DNA of 64,000 nt from an uncultured Gammaproteobacteria bacterium (GTDB lineage: Bacteria > Patescibacteriota > Microgenomatia > UBA8517): contig CAZDKH010000008.1 of the NCBI GenBank assembly GCA_964506225.1, positions 1,762 to 65,761 of the forward strand, given 5' to 3'. Each line of letters opens with the position of its first letter. The first letter of the stretch is position 1. Made by a program: the position numbers and the translations under genes. The notes under the pieces were generated by a model. It saw only the letters and a list, made by a program, of their open reading frames with translations. It did not search any database and had not been told where the DNA came from. This document shows, piece by piece, positions 19,046 through 26,523 of this stretch.

Positions 19046-19210
19046 TCATCTTCCCCACTTGTGTACTCCCGGTTCCCTGCCCCCCTTCTTGGCAAACACT
19101 ATTTGTACATTCGAACACAACTCCTTTAACCCCTGCTGCTCGAGAATTTGTTCCTTCTGCTCCGGTTCTATTATAGAAATTGTATGAAATCTCTCTCCTT
19201 CAAGACTCAC
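19046..19210 (-). CDS. unannotated 54-aa peptide, candidate RiPP precursor
   Basis: Own translation from GTG 19210: MSLEGERFHTISIIEPEQKEQILEQQGLKELCSNVQIVFAKKGGREPGVHKWGR*. Strong SD AAAGGAGGTGA ends about 8 nt upstream. The TGA stop lies 6 nt before the RRE ATG. Below the track's length cut-off. Confidence 0.4.
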   Translation of the reverse strand: MSLEGERFHTISIIEPEQKEQILEQQGLKELCSNVQIVFAKKGGREPGVHKWGR

Positions 19211-19245
19211 TACTTTATTCACCTCCTTTACTGTCTTAATAGATT

Positions 19246-19463
19246 TTACCTGTTATCCCCGCTTCCTTGTAGTTTACCTCTTTTTTGTCTTGAATAAAGT
19301 TTTTTCAAATTCTCCTTTGCTATCTTTTCAAGATTAAGGCCAAGTTCGGTTGCAAGCTGGGATAAACTGCAGTTTCTCTTGATTCTTCCCGATAAGTTTT
19401 AAAATCCATTTTTGCAACAATTTCTGCTTCTTGGCTTCTAGTCTGGCAACTCTCTTTTTTCAT
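19246..19463 (-). pseudogene. MazG-like NTP pyrophosphohydrolase remnant (internal deletion plus frameshift)
   Basis: Frame 1 reads (MKKESCQTRSQEAEIVAK)MDFKTYREESRETAVYP, then runs out of frame to a stop. The +1 frame continues QLATELGLNLEKIAKENLKKLYSRQKRGKLQGSGDNR*. The N- and C-terminal MazG-type segments are present, but the central EXXE metal-binding helices are missing. Confidence 0.45.
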
Positions 19464-19482
19464 AAAAAGCCTTTCATTATAG

Positions 19483-20373
19483 CTATTTTTTCAGCAAATA
19501 AATTTTACCACCACTTTCTGTGAGTTTCCCTGAAATACTCATCATTGTCACTTTTTGCGAAATCTCTACAACACTTTTACCCAAATGCACTGCCAACTCA
19601 TCTATACTCATTCCCTCCACCTCCAATGCCTTCCAAATTTCCTCTTCAAGTGGACTCAAGCCAGCCCGCTTGTCCTCCGAAGCCCTGGCGAAGTGGCGCC
19701 TGTTACCCAAGATATCCGACGGATCGGTCACAATTTTTGCAGTTCCCTCTTTGATCAACTGATTGGTTCCCTGTGAATTTGTGGAGGTTATCGCTCCCGG
19801 CACTGCAAAAACTTTTTTGTCCATTTTCCGCGCAAGATGGGCGGTAATTAATGAGCCGCTTTTCTCTCCAGCTTCAATAATTAAAACACCCAGAGTCGCA
19901 AGCCCGGCAACAATTCTGTTTCTTTGCGGAAATTTCCAAAGATGAGGCTTTGCATTTGGTTCATATTCGGACAAAGCCAAACCGCCCCTCTCTAAAATCT
20001 CAGTGTAGAGCCTTTGATTTTCAGGAGGATATACAATATCAAGACCACATCCAAAAACGGTAACCGTACAACCTCCATAATCCAGAGTTTTTTGGTGAAC
20101 CTCGGTATCTACTCCATACATAAATCCAGAAACGGTCGTCACCCCTTCGGCAGAAAACGCCGCCACAAACTTATCCACCACATCTTTGCCATAGCGGGTC
20201 ATTCGGCGGCTGCCAACAATTGCAATTGTCTTTTTCAAGACACTTCTTTTTAATTTTCCCCTGACAAAAAGGGTCTTTGGGGGATTTTTAATCTTGGCCA
20301 ATTCCTCAGGGTAACTTTTATCTCCTAAAGTCAGACTTTTTATCGGAAAATCGCAATAATGCATACCTCTCAA
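19483..20373 (-). CDS. dprA: DNA processing protein DprA
   Basis: IAIVGSRRMTRYGK, GFMYGVDTEVHQ and SGSLITA Rossmann-type DprA motifs. C-terminal winged-helix. Confidence 0.9.
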   Translation of the reverse strand: MRGMHYCDFPIKSLTLGDKSYPEELAKIKNPPKTLFVRGKLKRSVLKKTIAIVGSRRMTRYGKDVVDKFVAAFSAEGVTTVSGFMYGVDTEVHQKTLDYGGCTVTVFGCGLDIVYPPENQRLYTEILERGGLALSEYEPNAKPHLWKFPQRNRIVAGLATLGVLIIEAGEKSGSLITAHLARKMDKKVFAVPGAITSTNSQGTNQLIKEGTAKIVTDPSDILGNRRHFARASEDKRAGLSPLEEEIWKALEVEGMSIDELAVHLGKSVVEISQKVTMMSISGKLTESGGKIYLLKK

Positions 20374-20756
20374 AAACTGATATTTTCGTAATGGTTTATT
20401 CTCTTGGGAGAATTATCGCTATCCAAAACAATGGCCACCGCATCTATCTGGTAAGAGGAGTATTTTTGGGCAACATGGGGATTTTCTAAAAGATACGCTT
20501 CGGCAGTTTTTTGTACTTGAGAGATTTTAAATTGAGTTATCATCTCCTCCGGAGTTCCAAAATCCTCTCCAATTTTCAGTTTTACCTCTACAAAAACTAA
20601 AACCCCTCCTTTTGTGCAAACCAAGTCTATCTCACCAAACCTTGTGTGGAAATTTTTTTTGATTAGTTTATAACCTTTATTTAACAAATAACCAAGTGCT
20701 ATCTCTTCACCAACTTTTCCTTTAGGGTAGTTAAACTGTTTCATTATTCTTGACAA
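20370..20756 (-). CDS. yraN: YraN-family (UPF0102) endonuclease
   Basis: GEEIALGYLLNKGYKLIKKNFHTRFGEIDLVC...VFVEVK restriction-endonuclease-like core. ATGA overlap with dprA. Confidence 0.85.
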   Translation of the reverse strand: MSRIMKQFNYPKGKVGEEIALGYLLNKGYKLIKKNFHTRFGEIDLVCTKGGVLVFVEVKLKIGEDFGTPEEMITQFKISQVQKTAEAYLLENPHVAQKYSSYQIDAVAIVLDSDNSPKRINHYENISF

Positions 20757-21015
20757 TTATATATGCACCTTAATGAAATGTATATATAAATATAAAAAAA
20801 GGTATCAAGTGTATTTTAACCCAAACTCCGTAAACATTATTGATGCTCTCGAAGGAAAATCAATCTTAATCGTTGCGCTATAATTCGTCTTCCTGTAGAT
20901 TCTCTCGCCCACCACCTAATACAACTTTTTCCAAGGAAAAAGGTCGTCGGTGGGCTAGGGCAACTCAGATGAAGTTTTCACCCTAGACTTGCCTTAAAAC
21001 TTCTTTTTAAATAGC

Positions 21016-23529
21016 TCACCAACACCAGAAAAGAAAGCAGCGTTTGGTGGTTTGTGAACTCTGTTCTACCACTGGTGTTGGAGTGGGAGTGGGAATTGGG
21101 GTTGGAGTCAACGCCGGCTCTTCTTTCTTTTCCTTCTCCTGGGTTTTTACTCCCTGAACTTGTTGGGTTTGCTGGGCCTGTTGTGGGTATCCTGATACAA
21201 GCATATAATACCCACCCTGTTTGGTGACCACACTTACTGTTTTGTTAATTGGGTCATGAACCGAGTTGGCAAGAACCTTCCACACCAGTTTGTCTTGGGA
21301 GTATGCAAGCTTTAAGTTCTTGATTGGGAGAATAGGCTCAATTGCCTCAGGGGTGTATCTTAGTGCAATAATGGCTGGCTTTTTGAATTCTGTTTCAAGA
21401 ACCTTTGCATCATTGAAAAAGGATTTGAACCATACTTCGTAGATATCAGAAGCCTGCCAGTAGAGTGTGTTTGTAATTCTGAATGCTCCGGTTTTGGGTG
21501 TTACTCCAACAGCCAAGTATACATCCCAAGAAAAGGTGTTTTCACCAACAATGCTGATTAAAGAGTGCTTTTCGGTAACAGCCCCTTCATTTGCTAAAAT
21601 ATCCGCTTTTCCCAAAGGCACAACCGGATAATTGCAGGCTGAAGAATCCATACCAATGTAACTAAATTCACTTGTTGAACCATTGGAGTTTGTGGCAAGA
21701 GCTGAGAACCTGGCACAACCAGTTGGTTCATCCGAAACAGTCACTCTTGCTTCCCAGTCTCCACCTGTTGTTGAAAATGTGGTCAAACTCTCTCTGCAAT
21801 CACCCACACCAGTTGAAGTTGAGCTTGATTTACAAAGCTCAATTGTAAATGGAGATTCAGATGAATTCCCATCCAGTGTCCCTTTAACAGTATATCCCCC
21901 TTTCCCTGTATGGGTAACCGAGGTGATGACAGGGTAATTCATGAGGTCATTTGGGCCAGTGTCGGTATCCCCGGAGTCGTTGGCGGTGATACCATCGTTA
22001 TTTAGATCAACCCCCAGTCCCGCGTTGCCATAGATTGCATTACCTGTTATCTCAACTTGTGCAGATGGAAACCTTATTATGATCCCTTTGTTGCTATTAT
22101 TGTAAACATTGTTGTTTCGCAGGATCACGCCCCTTGAGGCATCAACTATGATACCATTGCCTTCACCAGCCCAGCGTGGTATGGTATTTGTTATTGTATT
22201 TCCCTCCACGATAAGATTGTTTGTGTGAGCCTCTCCAACATAGCGCCCCAGAACCATCCCGTACCTCATATTTGGAAAGTGTTTGGTTTTGGTTGAATCT
22301 GTACCAATGATGTTGTTGCTGATTGTGCCTGCTGTGACCGATCCAGGGTAGTGGATGTTAGATATGGCCTGCCACTTGAGACCACCGATGATGTTGCCAT
22401 CAATCAGATTGTTGGCGACAGTGCCATCGGTTGACCAATTTCTCCAGTCAATGCCAGGATAGGCAAAAGTACCGGTCTCTATGGCAGCAGTCTGGTCGGC
22501 ATTTAAGCCGATAATGTTGTTACTGATAGTGACGTTAATAATCGCACCTAAATAAATTCCTCCTACGTTACCACTTATCAGGTTTGAGTTCACGGTGGTG
22601 TTGGAAACATTCCCCAAATTTATTCCAAAAAACCCATTACCCAAATCCTGCATCCCGGTTCTGTCAGTACCAATGTAGTTGTTTTTGATAACAACGCTGA
22701 TTTGAGGATTGTAGGAGTTTCCCCCTCTGTCGAAAGAAATGCCAGTTCCTTCATTTCCCGAGATGACATTTCTATCTGCAGAACTCTCGCCGCCAATGGT
22801 TATTGTGTTGTTGTTTGTAACGATAAATGCAATACCTACCCCATAGCGCTGTTGGTGTGATCCACCGGTCGTATTGGGCTTTGCTTCTTCCCCTTTAACA
22901 TCAACTCCAATGTAGCTTTGGGTGACTGAAACAGTTATTCCTGAACTGCCACAAAAGGCAATGCCATTACCTTTTTGGACACTGTTGATAACCAAACTCT
23001 TAAAGACAAAGGAAGATGAACCGGCAGTGGAGTAAAAAAGCCCCTTGCCCGCCCAGCTAACGCAGGAGGCAGCCATATCTCCAGCATTTAATGCATCTAT
23101 CTCTATCTCCGGGCCATAGGTATTTGTGTCACCCTGATTGGCAGTCTGGGTGGAGCCGTCAATGGTCAATCCCCCTGAGGCCAAGTCTGGAAAAGCCGAG
23201 GTCGGCCTTATTGTCCAGTAATCATCCCCGCCATCAGAATCTCCTGAAGATGGAGTATCCGGGTTGTCATAATCCCTATAGCCAGCATCAGATGTGGGAA
23301 TATCAAACTCAATGGTGTCTGCTCCAGCATTTGCATTGGCAGCAACAATTGCTTCTCTTAAAGAGCAATCACTGTCACAGGTGCCATCATTTGTATCGGC
23401 TGTTTTGGTTACAGTATAAGTTGCGGCAAAGGCCGGGGATACCGAGACACTAAGACAAAAAGATACTAAGAAAAGAAACACTAAAACACCGATTAGGGAC
23501 TTATGTGAGTGAGTGAGTGAGTAGAACAT
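21016..23529 (-). CDS. secreted right-handed parallel beta-helix repeat surface protein
   Basis: Signal peptide ...SPAFA|ATYTV. DGTCDSDCSLREAIVAANANAGADTIEF opening typical of beta-helix adhesin/lyase-like proteins. Many NN(I/V)I-G-N repeats. PTPIPTPTPTP linker and C-terminal KRCFLFWCW. Confidence 0.7.
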   Translation of the reverse strand: MFYSLTHSHKSLIGVLVFLFLVSFCLSVSVSPAFAATYTVTKTADTNDGTCDSDCSLREAIVAANANAGADTIEFDIPTSDAGYRDYDNPDTPSSGDSDGGDDYWTIRPTSAFPDLASGGLTIDGSTQTANQGDTNTYGPEIEIDALNAGDMAASCVSWAGKGLFYSTAGSSSFVFKSLVINSVQKGNGIAFCGSSGITVSVTQSYIGVDVKGEEAKPNTTGGSHQQRYGVGIAFIVTNNNTITIGGESSADRNVISGNEGTGISFDRGGNSYNPQISVVIKNNYIGTDRTGMQDLGNGFFGINLGNVSNTTVNSNLISGNVGGIYLGAIINVTISNNIIGLNADQTAAIETGTFAYPGIDWRNWSTDGTVANNLIDGNIIGGLKWQAISNIHYPGSVTAGTISNNIIGTDSTKTKHFPNMRYGMVLGRYVGEAHTNNLIVEGNTITNTIPRWAGEGNGIIVDASRGVILRNNNVYNNSNKGIIIRFPSAQVEITGNAIYGNAGLGVDLNNDGITANDSGDTDTGPNDLMNYPVITSVTHTGKGGYTVKGTLDGNSSESPFTIELCKSSSTSTGVGDCRESLTTFSTTGGDWEARVTVSDEPTGCARFSALATNSNGSTSEFSYIGMDSSACNYPVVPLGKADILANEGAVTEKHSLISIVGENTFSWDVYLAVGVTPKTGAFRITNTLYWQASDIYEVWFKSFFNDAKVLETEFKKPAIIALRYTPEAIEPILPIKNLKLAYSQDKLVWKVLANSVHDPINKTVSVVTKQGGYYMLVSGYPQQAQQTQQVQGVKTQEKEKKEEPALTPTPIPTPTPTPVVEQSSQTTKRCFLFWCW
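21031..21056. repeat. 26-nt direct repeat copy 1 (3' end of the beta-helix gene)
   Basis: AAGAAAGCAGCGTTTGGTGGTTTGTG matches 24150-24175 at 24 of 26 positions. Confidence 0.6.
23505..23520. repeat. tetranucleotide repeat (GTGA)x4 within codons 3-9 of the beta-helix gene
   Basis: Plus strand gtgagtgagtgagtga. The minus strand reads TAC TCA CTC ACT CAC TCA CAT (YSLTHSH). Confidence 0.7.
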
Positions 23530-23590
23530 CTCATTGTTTGTTTCATGCTAACCAGCGGGTAGAATTTTGTCAATAGAATATCTCCAACCC

Positions 23591-23627
23591 TTGACAGACC
23601 TAAGATTAGTCTATATACTAGTCTTAG
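23591..23627 (+). promoter_or_regulatory. phd/relE promoter with overlapping inverted-repeat operator
   Basis: TTGACA (23591-96), 17 nt, TATACT (23614-19). Inverted repeat CTAAGATTAGT (23600-10) / ACTAGTCTTAG (23617-27) matches at 10 of 11 positions. It ends 3 nt before the antitoxin ATG. Confidence 0.45.
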
Positions 23628-23630
23628 ATT

Positions 23631-23897
23631 ATGTTAATTCCTACTTCTAAAAATGTAAAAACAATAACAGACATGAGAGAAAATGCCCTTAAGCTTCTGG
23701 AGCAAATAGAAAAAGAGGGACTTGCTTACATATTTCACCGTTCCAAACCCAGAGCGGTGATGCTTCCTATTGAAGAATTTTTGTCAATTCAAGAGATACT
23801 CGAGGATTATTATGATTACAAAGACGCAGTAAAGTTATCCAAAGAAAAAAAAGGCAAAAAAATTCCCTTGAAAGAAGTAATTAAAAAGTATGTATGA
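23631..23897 (+). CDS. Phd/YefM-family antitoxin
   Basis: 88 aa. TITDMRENALKLLEQIEKEG..YIFHRSKPRAVMLPIEEF pattern of Phd/YefM. Overlaps the toxin gene by 8 nt. Confidence 0.75.
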   Translation: MLIPTSKNVKTITDMRENALKLLEQIEKEGLAYIFHRSKPRAVMLPIEEFLSIQEILEDYYDYKDAVKLSKEKKGKKIPLKEVIKKYV

Positions 23898-24150
23898 GGT
23901 CCTCTTTACAAAAAAGGCCGAAAAACAACTTTCTAAACTAGCTTCAAAAGATATAAAACTTACACTTCAAAAAATATCAAAACTTACATTCCCCTTTCCT
24001 AAAGGCATTAATATCGACGACATAACCGGCGTGCCAAATTTTTACAGATTAAGAACAGGGAAAGTAAGGGTTCTGTTTGAAGTTGATAGGAGCAAAAAAG
24101 AAATTTGGATTAGAAAAGTTGGTTACCGAAGTGGATTTTACAGATTTTAA
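23890..24150 (+). CDS. RelE/ParE-family toxin
   Basis: 86 aa. KKAEKQLSKL...FYRLRTGKVRVLFEVD...IWIRKVGYR, typical of the RelE/StbE fold. Confidence 0.75.
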   Translation: MYEVLFTKKAEKQLSKLASKDIKLTLQKISKLTFPFPKGINIDDITGVPNFYRLRTGKVRVLFEVDRSKKEIWIRKVGYRSGFYRF

Positions 24151-24175
24151 AGAAAACAGCGTTTGGTGATTTGTG
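24150..24175. repeat. 26-nt direct repeat copy 2 (orphan 3'-end fragment of a paralogous gene)
   Basis: AAGAAAACAGCGTTTGGTGATTTGTG. The minus strand reads ...SPQITKRCFL*, compared with ...SQTTKRCFLFWCW* at copy 1. The frame is closed by TAG about 26 codons upstream, so this is only a remnant. Confidence 0.55.
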
Positions 24176-24320
24176 GGCTGTTAGGTCTTATTCTCATCGG
24201 ACTTACAAAGATTGTTGTTGAATAAGTTTTAAACTAAGTTAAAAACAAAAACAATGTAAAGCAAACTTTACTTGTGACTTTGCCATTTTACTATTCCCAG
24301 AATAGCAGTTTTGAAGCTAA

Positions 24321-25319
24321 CTAATCAAGAAAAAAGATTGTCAAAATTTTTGAAAAACAAAAGCCCAGAAAAATCGTTGCAGGAAGAGTTAAGATCCAGG
24401 ATAAAACAATATCAAAGGCCACCCCCCAGCGGACACAAGAGATTCTTCTGGCTGCTCCAACCCCGACGATTGAGGAAGTTATCGTATGGGTTGTAGAGAC
24501 GGGAATTCCCAAAAAAGAAGCTACTTGAAGTACTAAGGCAGCCGAAGTCTCTGCTGCAAACCCCTGAACCGGCTCAAGTGGAGTTATCCTCATTCCTAAA
24601 GTTTTAATAATTCGCCATCCGCCATAGGCCACTCCAGCACCCGCAACCAGCCCAACACTAATAATCACCCAAAGAGGAATTTCGGGATTTTCCCAACCAA
24701 AATAAAGCGCAAGGGCAAGAACCAGTACCCCCATCGGTTTTTGAGCGTCATTTCTGCCATGACTAAGAGCCATGAAAGCAGAAGACAACCTCTGGAGATT
24801 ATTAAATACAGGCTTTAGTCTTTGTGCCCTTTGAGACGCGAAAAAACTACAGATTATACCGATAAGAATTGCACCTCCCAAGAAACCGGCAAGAGGGGAA
24901 ACAAATATTGCAACCAAAATCGGTAAAAGGTTATGCCAAAAAACGCTTCCACTCCCGGAAACAGCAATGGCTGCCCCTATCAAAGCTCCAATTAATCCAT
25001 GGGTTTCGCTAACCGGAATACCCCAGTAATAAGTAAAAAGACTCCAAAGCATAGATCCAATCAAGGCTGCCAAAACTGTCACCAGAGATACAGCCTGCAA
25101 CGATACTATCCCCTTACCGATAGTCAATGCCACTGCTGTTCCACTTAGAGCTCCGATAATCTCAAGAGTACCAGCCATAACAATGGCAACTCTTGGAGAA
25201 AGAACCCGTGAACCAATTGAAGTTGCAATGGCATTTGCAGCATCGGTAAAACCCCCAACAAAGGCATAGATATAAGAAAAGATAATTGTCAGGACAAGAA
25301 GAGCAAAGTTTTGATTCAC
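24321..25319 (-). CDS. inorganic phosphate transporter, PiT family
   Basis: GGFTDAANAIATSIGSRVL and a second GRNDAQK(P)MG signature. About 10 TM segments. Confidence 0.9.
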   Translation of the reverse strand: MNQNFALLVLTIIFSYIYAFVGGFTDAANAIATSIGSRVLSPRVAIVMAGTLEIIGALSGTAVALTIGKGIVSLQAVSLVTVLAALIGSMLWSLFTYYWGIPVSETHGLIGALIGAAIAVSGSGSVFWHNLLPILVAIFVSPLAGFLGGAILIGIICSFFASQRAQRLKPVFNNLQRLSSAFMALSHGRNDAQKPMGVLVLALALYFGWENPEIPLWVIISVGLVAGAGVAYGGWRIIKTLGMRITPLEPVQGFAAETSAALVLQVASFLGIPVSTTHTITSSIVGVGAARRISCVRWGVAFDIVLSWILTLPATIFLGFCFSKILTIFFLD

Positions 25320-25323
25320 TTTA

Positions 25324-25962
25324 TTATCTATACTTTAATTTCAATCTTTCAAAGAGTATCGCCATGTCTTCAAATCTGTCTAGGGTTTGCTCTAAGGTAT
25401 CATAAATTTCCTTTTTCTTTATTACAAAAAGTGCATGCTTTCCGTCTTTGCTTCTGCCCAGAAGTTTCTCCAGAACCCTTCTGTGAACTTTATCCGCCCT
25501 ATTCTCAAGGGAATGCAATTTTTTATAGCTAGAAGCATAAGCTCTTGATGAAAATTTATGTTTTTGAATTGTTCTTACTGCAAGGTCAGTTTGCTTAGCC
25601 GAAGATGATATTAAATCAGCAAACTCGACCAAATCGGAATTTCTATCGTCAACCTTGTAAATTTTTATTCTATTTACAACCTGCTCTAGGTTATCAATAA
25701 TATCATCTAAGGATTCTGCAAGTTCTTTGATGTCTTCTTTGTCCAACGGAAGAATAAAAATTTTCTCAATATCATCGGTTATTTTGTGAACAAGCTTATC
25801 AGCTTCGTCTTCAATTTCTTGTAATTTGCTAGTAGCCGCATCTATTTTTCTTTTGTGGTGAGCCAATCCACTAAAAATTTCAGCAGCTTCACAAACTTTT
25901 GCTGCTTGTTTTACTAGACAATTAAAAATCTCGGATTGTTTTGAACGAAATAACCTAAACAC
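25324..25962 (-). CDS. DUF47 (PhoU-like) phosphate-transport accessory protein
   Basis: 212-aa all-helical protein with a EDEADKLVHKI...LDKEDI pattern. Canonical partner immediately upstream of PiT. Confidence 0.75.
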   Translation of the reverse strand: MFRLFRSKQSEIFNCLVKQAAKVCEAAEIFSGLAHHKRKIDAATSKLQEIEDEADKLVHKITDDIEKIFILPLDKEDIKELAESLDDIIDNLEQVVNRIKIYKVDDRNSDLVEFADLISSSAKQTDLAVRTIQKHKFSSRAYASSYKKLHSLENRADKVHRRVLEKLLGRSKDGKHALFVIKKKEIYDTLEQTLDRFEDMAILFERLKLKYR

Positions 25963-26523
25963 TTCCTAGGGTCTTCTAGTAGATATCAATAACCTTACTT
26001 TCTAAATTTTATGATTTGTATTTCTTCTCAATTCTACCATTAATTTTTAAAATGCGCTATATTATCCTACTATAATGCTGTAATGGAACTTCGTAAAGAG
26101 GTTGTCAGTAAAAAAATCTTTCCAACAGGAATACTAAAAGTTGATGAAAGTGTTGTTACAGCCCCTCCAGAGGCTTTGGAAGAATATAATAGATTAAAAA
26201 GTGGATGAATGATTAATTTTAGAGTAGTAAGAAATCCTGATTCCCCGAATCATAAAATCCCAATGGTCAGCCTAGAACCAATCACTCTTGAGGATGGTAC
26301 TGTCGGATTTATCGTAAAGAAAGAAATAGTTTATAAACCAAACCCTTTTTATCAGCCTAAAAATGAATAAATCTATTTAAAACGCTTTAAATTTGAAGTT
26401 TTCTTATTGCCCTTGAAACGGCATTGGGGTTATTCGCCTCTAAAGTATAAATCTCTTTTCAAATTTTTCAACCCTCATAATTAAAATTCCACCTAATATC
26501 AAAATATCTTTGGGATAAGAATC

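Noticed and set aside
26083-26370. Two back-to-back small plus-strand ORFs of 41 aa (26083-26208) and 53 aa (26209-26370). They show TGAATG coupling, with a TATAAT hexamer 7 nt before the first ATG (possibly leaderless).
   Set aside because: No SD and no recognisable domain, and the sequence is low-information. The coupling and -10 box are suggestive, but I cannot support these as genes without conservation or expression data.
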